The notes: generated by a model not told the origin, from the letters alone. Positions 39,250-48,957 are shown, counted from the first letter of the stretch. The stretch is DNA of 64,000 bases from Alphaproteobacteria bacterium (GCA_965228425.1 OZ245815.1:4621234-4685233); one strand, 5' to 3'. A program made the numbers and translations.

Positions 39250-40614
39250 TCAATCCAGCAGCTTGTTGGGCAGCCACATGGCGATGTCCGGAAAGGCCAT
39301 CACCGCGGCGAGCCCGATGAGTTGCAGGATCACGAACGGGATGATACCGCGATAGACCTGGATCATCCTGAGCCCGGCCGGCGCAACCCCCTTCATATAG
39401 AACAAGGCGAATCCGAAGGGTGGCGTCAGGAAGGACGTCTGTAGATTGACCGCAAGCAGGATCGCGAACCAATACACGATATCCTTCTTCATGACGTGAT
39501 CTCCGAAGTCCAGCAACTCGATGATCGGCGTGAACACCGGCAGGACGATCAACGTGATTTCGATCCAGTCGAAGAAGAACCCGAGGATGAAGACCAACAG
39601 CATCAGGGCGAACAGGATGCCCCAGGAACCCAGTTCCGCGGCCTCCACCGTGCCGATCACCACGTCGTCCCCGCCGAGCGCCCGGAAGACGTAGGAGAAA
39701 GCGGTCGCGCACAGGAAGATCATGAACAGCATGCCGCCAGTCAGCGCGCTGCGCTCGACGACATCCTTCAGGACCGGCAGCGTCAGTTTGCGGCGTATCA
39801 GCGCGAGCACCGTCGCCCCCGCCGCCCCAACGCCGGCTGCCTCGGTCGGTGTCGCCCAGCCGAACAGGATCGAGCCCAGCACCAGGAAGATCAAAAAGAC
39901 CGGCGGGATGAAACTGCGCACGACGAGCAACAGGAGTTGTCCCACCGAATCCGGCCCGACATCGCTCGCCAACGGCGGCGCGATACTAGGTTTGATACGG
40001 CTGACCGTGAAGATGTAAACGAAATACATCCCCGACAGCATCAGGCCCGGCAACAGCGCCGCAACGAACAGATTGCCGACCGACCGGGCCAGCAGGTCGG
40101 CCATCACCACCAGCATGATGCTGGGCGGAATCAAGATACCCAATGTGCCGGACGCAGCGATCGTGCCGCTGGACAATTCGTTGCTATACTTCTGCCGCAT
40201 CATCACCGGCAGCGCCAGCAGGGTCATCATGACGACCGACGCCCCAATGATCCCGGTCGTCGCGGCCATAATCGTGCCCATCACCGTCACCGACAGCGCG
40301 AGCCCACCGGGGACCCGACGCAACAACACCTGCAGGCAGTGCAACAGGTCGGTCGCCACGCCGCTTTTTTCCAGCATGGTGCCCATGAAGATGAACATCG
40401 GAATCGCGGTGAGGATTAAGTTCTCGGCAATGCCGCCCCAGATGCGCGGCAACAGATTGAAAAGCTGCAACGGCACGAACACGTCGTAGGCCATGCCCAA
40501 CGCGGCGAATCCCAACGCCACGCCGCCGAGCACGAAGGCGACGGGATACCCGCTGAACAGCAGGATGCCCAACGCGCCGAACATGAGAACCGGCAGAAGG
40601 TCGACGATGTCCAT
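39250..40614 (-). CDS. TRAP transporter large permease (DctM type)
   Basis: A 454-aa polytopic membrane protein immediately downstream of the small permease. Confidence 0.9.
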   Translation of the reverse strand: MDIVDLLPVLMFGALGILLFSGYPVAFVLGGVALGFAALGMAYDVFVPLQLFNLLPRIWGGIAENLILTAIPMFIFMGTMLEKSGVATDLLHCLQVLLRRVPGGLALSVTVMGTIMAATTGIIGASVVMMTLLALPVMMRQKYSNELSSGTIAASGTLGILIPPSIMLVVMADLLARSVGNLFVAALLPGLMLSGMYFVYIFTVSRIKPSIAPPLASDVGPDSVGQLLLLVVRSFIPPVFLIFLVLGSILFGWATPTEAAGVGAAGATVLALIRRKLTLPVLKDVVERSALTGGMLFMIFLCATAFSYVFRALGGDDVVIGTVEAAELGSWGILFALMLLVFILGFFFDWIEITLIVLPVFTPIIELLDFGDHVMKKDIVYWFAILLAVNLQTSFLTPPFGFALFYMKGVAPAGLRMIQVYRGIIPFVILQLIGLAAVMAFPDIAMWLPNKLLD

Positions 40615-41234
40615 CAGCCGTCCCCGCGGGCGGGGCCGGATGCGCCAGGCCGAACCGCCGCCATGTCGGCTTCGTCGAGAGGTTGCGCCTCTTCCTGCTC
40701 GACCGCGCTGACCCGCTCACGCAGATCCGGCGGACCGAACAATTCGACGATCTTTCGGAGCAGAACCGCAACGCCCGACAGGAACAGCAATCCGAATCCG
40801 ATCGGAATAGCGGACTTGATGATCCAACGATGGCTGAGACCGGTCGCCGAGGAAGACGCTTCGTTCTGGATGAAAGAGCGGTGCGTGAAATCGATGCCGT
40901 AATAGATGATCACGACGCAATAGGGCAGCAAAAATAGCAAAATGCCCAACAACTCAAGCCACCACTTCGTGCGCTCGCTCAACATGTTCCGCACGAGATC
41001 GATACGAACATGTGCATTGGCGAGATAGGCAAAGCCGAGACAAAAAGCAAACAAGATGGTGTGCAGGTGCCATTCGAACTCCTGCAGCTTGGTCGAGCCC
41101 AGGACGAAGAAGCGGCGGGTCACCACGTCGAATATCGTAACGACGATCAGCAAGGCCCCTGCCCACGCCGCCGTCTTGCCGATGCGCGTGATCCAGCGAT
41201 CGAGAAAATCGCTGAGGAGGACGAGATGTTTCAT
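40614..41234 (-). CDS. TRAP transporter small permease (DctQ type)
   Basis: It has four hydrophobic helices, lies between the SBP and DctM genes, and overlaps the DctM start by 1 nt. Confidence 0.8.
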   Translation of the reverse strand: MKHLVLLSDFLDRWITRIGKTAAWAGALLIVVTIFDVVTRRFFVLGSTKLQEFEWHLHTILFAFCLGFAYLANAHVRIDLVRNMLSERTKWWLELLGILLFLLPYCVVIIYYGIDFTHRSFIQNEASSSATGLSHRWIIKSAIPIGFGLLFLSGVAVLLRKIVELFGPPDLRERVSAVEQEEAQPLDEADMAAVRPGASGPARGDG

Positions 41235-41335
41235 AAGAATGCCCGCAAACCGCGCTTGGGCGAAAGGCGACGGGATCCGATGTCGGACCCCGTCGTTCTT
41301 TCGGTTATCGGCTTACGGTTCTTTCTTTACCGAAC

Positions 41336-42394
41336 TCAGAGATAGCCTAGCTCTTTCCATACCTGGTATTCGCCGCGGAACTTCGTGAACGACGCCCAGA
41401 CTTTCTTGAAGTCGGCATTGCTCGCGCTAAGCTCGCCGACGACTTCTTTCCAGGCCTTCTCCAGCTCAGCCAGGACTTCGGGCGGCCACCGATGGATCGT
41501 GACGCCCTTGCTCTTCAACTCGGTAAGCGCCTTGCCTTGGATCGCCTCACCTTCGGCAAGACCTTCGCGGATGTTGTCGCCACACGCGACTTCAAGCTGC
41601 GCCTTCTGAGTTTTCGAGAGTTCTTTCCACTTCTTGTCGCTGATCATTAGGTCGAACAGCGTCGCCTGCTGATGCCAGCCCGGGAAATAGTAGTGCTTGG
41701 CGATTTGATAGAAACCAAGCTTCAAGTCGATTGCCGGCATCGAAAATTCGGTCGCATCGATCGAACCGCGCTCCAGCGCCGGATAAATGTCGCCGCCGGC
41801 GATCAACTGGGTCGAGACGCCGACTTTCTGCATGACCTTCGCGCCAAGACCAAAGAAGCGAATCTTCAATCCCTTGAGGTCCGCAACCGATTTGATTTCC
41901 TTGCGGAACCAGCCGGATGCCTCCGGTGCAATGACGCCGCACATGATAGAATGGATATTGTGCTTGGCGTAGATATCCTTCATCAGCTTCTTGCCGCCGC
42001 CATAATAGTACCAGGCAAGATACTCCCCGGCGCGCGGACCGAACGGCACGGCGGAGAACATCGCTAAGGCGGGTTCCTTGCCGAACCAATAGCCCGGCGT
42101 GGACCACGCGGCATCCAGCGATCCGGACGAGATCGCGTCGAACATCTCCAGCGGCGGCACCAAAGCCTTCGGCTCGAAGAATTTCAGTTGAACGCTGCCG
42201 CCGGAAATGAGCTGCACTTTTTTCGACAGGCTTTTGCCCAGGCTGCCGAGCTGCACCAGCTTTCCGGGGAAGGCGCTGCCCATGTTGAGGCGAACCTTCT
42301 TGTCTTCCGCGCTCACCGCGGTCGCCCCGATGCCAAGTGCGACCGTGCCGGCCACGGCCCCGACGGCCAATGATTTGAGGATGGCATGCTTCAT
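41336..42394 (-). CDS. TRAP transporter substrate-binding protein (DctP type)
   Basis: The start is the ATG at 42394 behind GGGAGAA, giving MKHAILKSLAVGAVAGTVALGIGATAVSA (a signal peptide). Confidence 0.85.
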   Translation of the reverse strand: MKHAILKSLAVGAVAGTVALGIGATAVSAEDKKVRLNMGSAFPGKLVQLGSLGKSLSKKVQLISGGSVQLKFFEPKALVPPLEMFDAISSGSLDAAWSTPGYWFGKEPALAMFSAVPFGPRAGEYLAWYYYGGGKKLMKDIYAKHNIHSIMCGVIAPEASGWFRKEIKSVADLKGLKIRFFGLGAKVMQKVGVSTQLIAGGDIYPALERGSIDATEFSMPAIDLKLGFYQIAKHYYFPGWHQQATLFDLMISDKKWKELSKTQKAQLEVACGDNIREGLAEGEAIQGKALTELKSKGVTIHRWPPEVLAELEKAWKEVVGELSASNADFKKVWASFTKFRGEYQVWKELGYL

Positions 42395-42541
42395 GATCGT
42401 TTTCTCCCTGGTAACCATACATTTGTTTTGTTTGATCGATCTTTGCCTGTCTTTGCGCGACATTACCATAGGCTGTTTCCTGCGGCGGATTACGCAGCCA
42501 GGGTGCCCTATCCGACCATCGCGCCCCGGCGACGGGACCGT

Positions 42542-44239
42542 TCATCCACCTTCGAGAACGACCGCTTGTGCGTCGGCCAAGGCTTCCTCTGGTTCACGCC
42601 CCGCATCTATCCGATGCCAATCGCGAACCGGATCGACCGTCGCCCGTTGCTGCTTGCCGACCGAGGCCGTCGCATCCGACACGTCGGCCGTTCGCGCCGT
42701 CAATCGCCGCTCCTGTTCCTCCGCCGCAATGTCGAGCCAGAGCCCTTGGAACCGAACACCTGCCTCGGCGGCAACATCGGCAATTGCTTGCCGTTCGGCA
42801 TCGCGGCCGAACACGGCATCCGCCACCGCCGCAAATCCCGTCGCCAGCGCCGAGCGGCAGCCGTCGTCGAGGCGCGCATAGACCGCGTCGCTCTGGTCCT
42901 GAGTGTAGGCCTCCGCCGGCAAGGTCTCAAAAACATCAATCCCCGCGAGCTGCTTGCGCAGGACATCCGACCGCAGGATCACCGCGCCCGGCGAACGGCC
43001 GAAAGCCGGTGCAAGCGCAGCGGCCAACGTGCTCTTGCCGCTGCCCGACAGGCCGCCGACGGCGACCAGCCGTGGCGGCACAGGGGCGCGCAACCCGACT
43101 GCCAATTGGAAGTATTCGCGGGCCTCGTCGAATTGATCGGCCGCCGCACCGACATGCGCTCGCACCGCCGCGCGAACCGACATATACAGCGGCAGAAGCG
43201 CCAGGCAGGCATAGTCGGCCGTGCGCGCCAAATATCGGTTCAATACCCTGTTGGCCGCCCAGCGCAGTCCACGATGCTCCAGATCCATCAGCAGGAACGC
43301 TAGGTCGTAGGCCACGTCGATCGTGGCCAGCCGTTCACTGAACTCCAAACAATCGAACAGGGTCGGCACGCCATCGACCAGGCAGATGTTCCGCAGATGC
43401 AGGTCACCGTGACACCGGCGCACGAACCCGCCGCCGGCGCGCTGCCGCAACAACTCCCGATGCGTTTCGATTTCCGCCGTACACGACGCGTCCAGCCGGC
43501 CAACCGCGGCGGCGGAAAATGCGGACGGACTCAACCGGCGCAAGTTGGCCGTATTGCCGCGGACCACATCACACATCTCCGCCGGAAGATCGACGTCGGC
43601 CGCGACGTCGGCCGACGCGTGAAATCGCGCGATCTCATCCGCCAGCGACTCCATGAGCGGTACCGTCAAAGTACCGGTTTCCGCGAGACGGTCGAATAAC
43701 GTCGCCTGATCGAACCGGTCCATGATCACGACCCAATCGAGCACGCGCCCATCACCGCCGATCATCAGCCCGCCGCCGGCGCTTTCGGTTATCGGCGCGA
43801 CCGAACGGTAGAGCGTGGGGGCGGTTCGGCGATTCAGCCGTAGTTCCGCCTCGCAGACGGCTCGCCGCTTGGCAATGGTGGAAAAATCCATATACGGGAA
43901 TTTGACGGCGCGCTTGAGCTTGATCGCGCAATCACCGGCAAGAAAGACATAGGCGCCATGCGTCCGGATCGTCTCGACCGGACCGCCGCCATAGCTCGCC
44001 GGATCGGAGAGGCAATCTATGACCCGCTGTTGATCACCGGCGAAATCGCCCAAGCGAAACTCCTTGTCGATGAATTGCCCGCAACCGCATTCGTCTAACC
44101 CGCTAAAAGCTGACACTGGTGTCGTTACCGCATCCCGGCATTGAGGCACATCAATGCGTGCGCGGAACGACGATCCTATAAAGCATCGAATTACGGATGC
44201 CGGCGCGTGCAACGGCGCGCAAGGTGAAACGAAGGCCAA
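42542..44239 (-). CDS. fused aminoglycoside-phosphotransferase-like kinase / P-loop ATP-binding protein
   Basis: The N-terminal and middle part is a protein-kinase-like fold (CHGDLHLRNICL). The C-terminal part has the P-loop GGLSGSGKST. The start is uncertain: the track start is a TTG and a GTG at 44116 is an alternative. Confidence 0.75.
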   Translation of the reverse strand: MAFVSPCAPLHAPASVIRCFIGSSFRARIDVPQCRDAVTTPVSAFSGLDECGCGQFIDKEFRLGDFAGDQQRVIDCLSDPASYGGGPVETIRTHGAYVFLAGDCAIKLKRAVKFPYMDFSTIAKRRAVCEAELRLNRRTAPTLYRSVAPITESAGGGLMIGGDGRVLDWVVIMDRFDQATLFDRLAETGTLTVPLMESLADEIARFHASADVAADVDLPAEMCDVVRGNTANLRRLSPSAFSAAAVGRLDASCTAEIETHRELLRQRAGGGFVRRCHGDLHLRNICLVDGVPTLFDCLEFSERLATIDVAYDLAFLLMDLEHRGLRWAANRVLNRYLARTADYACLALLPLYMSVRAAVRAHVGAAADQFDEAREYFQLAVGLRAPVPPRLVAVGGLSGSGKSTLAAALAPAFGRSPGAVILRSDVLRKQLAGIDVFETLPAEAYTQDQSDAVYARLDDGCRSALATGFAAVADAVFGRDAERQAIADVAAEAGVRFQGLWLDIAAEEQERRLTARTADVSDATASVGKQQRATVDPVRDWHRIDAGREPEEALADAQAVVLEGG

Positions 44240-44377
44240 GGAGTAATCTTCCGCTGCACAAAATTCTAGCCCGGAGGAACAGTGTTCCGGGAACTGAGGG
44301 CGAACCTCTCAAAGTTGCGGAGCCGGCTTCGTAAATCCCATGAACGCATCCCTCTTTGTGTTCGAGCTTTCCCCCAA

Positions 44378-44410
44378 GCGCCGCCGGACCTTTACGGCGG
44401 CGCATTTTTA
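44378..44410 (+). terminator. strong Rho-independent terminator-like hairpin with no upstream plus-strand CDS
   Basis: GCGCCGCCG (44378-44386), loop GACCTTTA, CGGCGGCGC (44395-44403), then ATTTTTA. It is a perfect 9-bp GC stem. Confidence 0.55.
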
Positions 44411-44517
44411 ACGGTGAAGCTGCACGGGCGCTCAACTATCTCGACCTATGCAGGAACACCATTCTGATAGTCGACGGAGATGCCTGCCCAAATGTCGCGC
44501 TTATCCGTGTGCAAAGT

Positions 44518-44547
44518 GATTAATCTTTTTCCAACAAGCGATTAATC
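44518..44547. promoter_or_regulatory. two copies of the palindromic octamer GATTAATC upstream of aapJ
   Basis: GATTAATC occurs at 44518-44525 and 44540-44547, 22 bp start to start, about 140-170 bp upstream of the aapJ ATG. Confidence 0.35.
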
Positions 44548-44688
44548 GCACCCTTTTGGGCACGATTTGGCAATTCCGGGCGGTCAGACGTTGTGAGTCT
44601 CACAAAGCACCGCTAACATTCTCTTCGATGGAAGCGATGGCAGTCGGATTTGGCCCAGCTTCCGCGAACGTCTGACAGGGAGAGTTCT

Positions 44689-45720
44689 ATGAAAAGCCTA
44701 AAATTGACGGCTGTTGCCGCCGCGTTGGTAATCGCGCAACAGGCCGCCCCCGCGCTGGCCGCGGACGGGCCGACGCTGAAAACCGTGAAAGAGCGAGGAC
44801 AATTGGTTTGCGGCGTGCATCAGGGCCGCTATGGATTTGCCATTGCAGACAGTAAGGGCAAATGGGTCGGCCTCGACGTCGACTTCTGCCGCGCGGTTGC
44901 CGCGGCCGTACTGGGTGATTCCGAAAAAGTGAAATACATCCCGCTCGGCAGTGTCCAGCGCTTCCCGGCGTTGCAGTCCGGCGAAGTGGACATGCTGTCC
45001 CGCACGACGACGGTGACGCTGACCCGCGACGCCGCCCTCGGATTCAACTTCGGTCCGCCGACCTTCTATACGGGCACCGGCTTCATGGTGCGCAAGGACA
45101 TCAAGGTCAGCAAGGTCGATCAACTCGACGGCGCCAGCGTCTGCGTGTTCCCGGGCAGCACGACCGAAAAGAACGTGTCGGCCCTCTTCAAGTCGAAGGG
45201 CATGAAGTTCACGCCGGTCGTCATCGAGAATTCGAAAGAACTTGTGGGTGCCTATATGTCGGGCCGTTGCGACGTGCTGGCGATGGACCAGGCCGGATTG
45301 CCGGGACATCAACGGTATGACGCGAAGAACCCCGATGAGCATGTCATCCTAGACGGCGTGTTCTCGAAAGAGCCGCTTGCCGTCGGCGTCCGCCACGGCG
45401 ACGACCAGTGGTACGACATCATCAAGTATGTCACCTACGCGACCTTCAACGCGGAAGAGCTCGGCGTGCACAAGGCCAACGTCGACAAGATGAAGAACAC
45501 GAAGAATCCGAACATCCAGCGTCTGCTCGGCAAGTCCGGCGACCTTGGCAAGAAGCTCGGCCTCGATCCGGATTGGTCCTACCGGGTCATCAAGCAGGTC
45601 GGCAGCTACAAGGATATCTACGAAGTCAACTTCGGCGAAAAGTCACCGCTGAAACTGCCGCGCGGCCTGAACGCGCAGTGGAACGACGGCGGTATCCTGT
45701 ACGGCATGCCGATGAAGTAA
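44689..45720 (+). CDS. aapJ: general L-amino acid ABC transporter substrate-binding protein
   Basis: The start is the ATG at 44689 behind AGGGAGAG, giving the signal peptide MKSLKLTAVAAALVIAQQAAPALA. Size and four-gene order match aapJQMP/bztABCD. Confidence 0.85.
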   Translation: MKSLKLTAVAAALVIAQQAAPALAADGPTLKTVKERGQLVCGVHQGRYGFAIADSKGKWVGLDVDFCRAVAAAVLGDSEKVKYIPLGSVQRFPALQSGEVDMLSRTTTVTLTRDAALGFNFGPPTFYTGTGFMVRKDIKVSKVDQLDGASVCVFPGSTTEKNVSALFKSKGMKFTPVVIENSKELVGAYMSGRCDVLAMDQAGLPGHQRYDAKNPDEHVILDGVFSKEPLAVGVRHGDDQWYDIIKYVTYATFNAEELGVHKANVDKMKNTKNPNIQRLLGKSGDLGKKLGLDPDWSYRVIKQVGSYKDIYEVNFGEKSPLKLPRGLNAQWNDGGILYGMPMK

Positions 45721-45731
45721 GCTCCAATATC

Positions 45732-45770
45732 CCGCCGCCACCGGCCTTCCCGGTGGCGGCGGTTTCCTTT
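45732..45770 (+). terminator. intercistronic stem-loop / partial terminator between aapJ and aapQ
   Basis: A perfect 13-bp stem, CCGCCGCCACCGG (45732-45744) with CCGGTGGCGGCGG (45750-45762), has a 5-nt loop and is followed by TTTCCTTT. Confidence 0.55.
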
Positions 45771-45839
45771 CCAGCGAACGGCCCGATCGGTCGCTGCGTT
45801 CCGGCATAGCCGGAACCGAATGATTGGAGTGCAAAGGCC

Positions 45840-47018
45840 ATGGCGGACATTCAAGCGCCACGCAAGAGCAATACGTCGATCCTGAACAGCCTCGCTTTTC
45901 GAGGGATAGCCTACCAAGTCCTGCTCGCAGCCGGCGTCATCCTGATCGGCTGGTATCTCTATATCAATGTCAATGCGAACCTGGAACGCCAAGGCATCGC
46001 GACCGGCTTCGACTTCCTGACCGAAGACGCGGGCTTCGATATCGGCGAATCCGTCATCGCGTTCGATTCCAGCCAAAGCTACGGCCGGGTCATGGTCGCC
46101 GGCATCCTGAATACGCTGCATGTCGCCATCGTCGGCATCTTTCTGGCGACGATCGTCGGCGTGTTGATGGGCATCGCCCGCGTCTCGCGAAATTGGCTGA
46201 TTTCCAAACTCGCATCGGCTTATGTCGAGGCGTGCCGGAACGTACCGGTGGTTCTGCACGTCATCTTCTGGGCGTCGATCATCCGCAACCTGCCCTCGCC
46301 AAGACAGGCGATAGTGCCCATGGAGGGCATCTTCATTACCAATCGGGGCATCATCTACCCGATCCCGGAGGCGCACAGCATCTATCCGTGGCTCGGCGCC
46401 GCCTTGATTGCCGGCATCATCGGCGCGGTGATCCTGAGCCGCCGCGCCCAGAAACGCCGGGAGGAAACGGGGCAGTACATTCCGACCTTCTGGCCGGGCC
46501 TGGGTTTAATCCTCGGGCTGCCGCTCATTGTCTGGCTCGCCGCGGGCGCGCCCCTGGAATGGGACGTACCGGCGCTGCGCGGGTTCAACTATCAGGGCGG
46601 CTCTTCGCTGACCCCTGAATTCGTCGCCCTGCTGATCGGTATCACCGTTTACACAGGGGCCTTCATCGCCGAGATCGTTCGCGCCGGCATCCAATCGGTG
46701 CAACACGGGCAAGTCGAGGCGGCGCGGTCGCTCGGGCTCCGGCCCGGGCTGGTGATGCGGCTCGTCATCCTGCCGCAGGCGCTGCGCGTCATCGTGCCGC
46801 CAACCACCAGTCAGTATCTAAGCTTGACCAAGAACAGCTCGCTCGGCGTGCTGATCGGGTATCCCGATTTGGTCAACGTCGGGAACACGACACTCAATCA
46901 AACCGGCCAAGCCGTCGAAGCGATCGCGATCATGATGCTGGTCTACCTTTTGATCAGCCTGACGATCTCGATCTTCATGAATGTCTACAATCGCGTCGTC
47001 GCGATTCAAGAACGCTAG
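45840..47018 (+). CDS. aapQ: amino acid ABC transporter permease
   Basis: 392 aa with the EAA-type loop region EAARSLGLRPGLVMRLVILPQALRVIVPP. Confidence 0.85.
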   Translation: MADIQAPRKSNTSILNSLAFRGIAYQVLLAAGVILIGWYLYINVNANLERQGIATGFDFLTEDAGFDIGESVIAFDSSQSYGRVMVAGILNTLHVAIVGIFLATIVGVLMGIARVSRNWLISKLASAYVEACRNVPVVLHVIFWASIIRNLPSPRQAIVPMEGIFITNRGIIYPIPEAHSIYPWLGAALIAGIIGAVILSRRAQKRREETGQYIPTFWPGLGLILGLPLIVWLAAGAPLEWDVPALRGFNYQGGSSLTPEFVALLIGITVYTGAFIAEIVRAGIQSVQHGQVEAARSLGLRPGLVMRLVILPQALRVIVPPTTSQYLSLTKNSSLGVLIGYPDLVNVGNTTLNQTGQAVEAIAIMMLVYLLISLTISIFMNVYNRVVAIQER

Positions 47019-47030
47019 GGGGGACGGAAG

Positions 47031-48170
47031 ATGGTCGATAGCGCCGCCCCCCTGCCGGGCCAGAAAACCGCCGCAGAACCAGCGGCCAGCAAGAAAACCA
47101 CGCCGCCGCCGGTGGAGAAGATCGGCGTCCTGCGATGGCTCAGGGAAAACCTGTTCAGCAGCCCCCTCAATACGGTGCTGACGATCATCATGCTTTTCCT
47201 GCTCGCCGATTGGATCCCCAGCTTCTTCCAATGGGGAATCCTGGACGCGATCTGGTACACGCCGGACCACAACGTATGCCGTGAGGCCGATGGCGCGTGC
47301 TGGGCGGTCGTCGCGGAAAAACATCGGCCGATGCTGTTCGGCGTGTACCCGTATGAAGAGCATTGGCGATTGGTCATTGCCCTGATCGCCTACATGATCA
47401 CCGTCATCATGACGCTGACCCCGCGGTTCTGGAACATGAAGCTCCTTGTTCCACTTTGGATCGTCGGCGGCGGCACCGTCGGATTGATGCTATGGGGCGG
47501 ATTGTTTGGCTTGACCTATGTCGATTCGAGCCAATGGGGCGGGTTGCCGCTGACCATGGTCCTGTTCACAGGCACCGTCGTATTGGGCTTCCCGATCGCC
47601 ATCCTGTTCGCCCTAGGCCGGCGGTCACACCTGCCGGCGGTCAAGGCGATCTGCGTCACCTTGATCGAAAGCATGCGCGGCGTCCCCTTGATCACCATCC
47701 TGTTCGTCGCGGTGAACGTCTTCCCGCTGTTCCTGCCGGAAGGCATGGAAATCGATCAGCTGTTCCGCGTGATCGTGGGCATGGCGATCTTCTTTGCCTG
47801 CTACCAGGCGGAGGTTATCCGCGGTGGGTTGCAGGCCATCCCGCGCGGTCAATACGAAGCCGCCGAAGCGCTCGGCCTCGGCTATTGGCAGCATACGATC
47901 AAGATCATTCTGCCGCAGGCCCTGCGCATCTGTCTGCCGGGCATCGTCAATCACATCATCGCCGCGCTGAAGAACACGTCCTTCGTGCTCATCATCGGCC
48001 TGTTCGACATTCTGACGGCGACCACCGCGGTCATGCAAGACCCGCTCTGGCGCCGCTTCTTCGTCGAGGCCTATTTGTTCGTCGCGGTGGTTTACTTCAT
48101 CTTCTGCTACGCGCTTTCGAAATACAGCCAAAAGGTCGAAGGTTGGCTGAACGAAGGCCGCCGGTTCTGA
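47031..48170 (+). CDS. aapM: amino acid ABC transporter permease
   Basis: 379 aa with [29 protein letters not shown]. Confidence 0.85.
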   Translation: MVDSAAPLPGQKTAAEPAASKKTTPPPVEKIGVLRWLRENLFSSPLNTVLTIIMLFLLADWIPSFFQWGILDAIWYTPDHNVCREADGACWAVVAEKHRPMLFGVYPYEEHWRLVIALIAYMITVIMTLTPRFWNMKLLVPLWIVGGGTVGLMLWGGLFGLTYVDSSQWGGLPLTMVLFTGTVVLGFPIAILFALGRRSHLPAVKAICVTLIESMRGVPLITILFVAVNVFPLFLPEGMEIDQLFRVIVGMAIFFACYQAEVIRGGLQAIPRGQYEAAEALGLGYWQHTIKIILPQALRICLPGIVNHIIAALKNTSFVLIIGLFDILTATTAVMQDPLWRRFFVEAYLFVAVVYFIFCYALSKYSQKVEGWLNEGRRF

Positions 48171-48186
48171 TCTGGGAGACATCCAA

Positions 48187-48957
48187 ATGAGCGAATCCGT
48201 TATGGCGAAACCCGAGAGTGCCGAGCCGGCAATCCAACTCACCGACGTCAATAAATGGTACGGCGATTTTCAGGCCTTGCGGGACATCAACCTGAGCGTC
48301 GACCGGGGCGAGCGCGTCGTGGTCTGCGGCCCGTCGGGATCGGGCAAGTCGACGATGATCCGCTGTATCAACCGGCTCGAGGAACATCAACGCGGGACGA
48401 TCGTCGTCGACGGCATCGAACTCACCGACAACCTCAAGAATATCGAGGCGATCCGCAGCGAAGTCGGCATGGTGTTCCAATCCTTCAATCTGTTCCCGCA
48501 TCTTCGCGTGATCGACAACCTGACGCTGGCCCCCATGTGGGTGCGAAAGATGCCGAAGAAGGATGCCGAGGACCTTGCGACGCAATATCTTGAGCGCGTG
48601 CAAATTCCCGAACAGGCCTACAAGTACCCCGGTCAACTCTCCGGCGGCCAGCAACAGCGCGTGGCCATCGCGCGGGCACTCTGCATGCAGCCGAAAATCA
48701 TGCTGTTCGACGAGCCCACATCCGCCCTCGATCCCGAGATGATCAAGGAAGTGCTGGACGTCATGGTCGAATTGGCGGAAAGCGGCATGACAATGATCGT
48801 CGTGACCCATGAAATGGGTTTCGCCAAGACCGTGGCAGATAAAATGGTGTTCATGGACGACGCGGAAATCGTCGAGGTTGCCACGCCGGATGTCTTCTTC
48901 GAGAACCCGGAAAACGAACGGACCAAGCTGTTCTTGAGTCAAATCCTGGTTCATTGA
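48187..48957 (+). CDS. aapP: amino acid ABC transporter ATP-binding protein
   Basis: It has Walker [10 protein letters not shown], signature LSGGQQQR and Walker [12 protein letters not shown]. Confidence 0.9.
   Translation: MSESVMAKPESAEPAIQLTDVNKWYGDFQALRDINLSVDRGERVVVCGPSGSGKSTMIRCINRLEEHQRGTIVVDGIELTDNLKNIEAIRSEVGMVFQSFNLFPHLRVIDNLTLAPMWVRKMPKKDAEDLATQYLERVQIPEQAYKYPGQLSGGQQQRVAIARALCMQPKIMLFDEPTSALDPEMIKEVLDVMVELAESGMTMIVVTHEMGFAKTVADKMVFMDDAEIVEVATPDVFFENPENERTKLFLSQILVH

Noticed and set aside
44282-44467. 61-aa GTG-initiated ORF upstream of aapJ
   Set aside because: It has no Shine-Dalgarno sequence, reads straight through a strong terminator hairpin, and has non-protein-like composition. 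The region is better explained as non-coding RNA or a leader.
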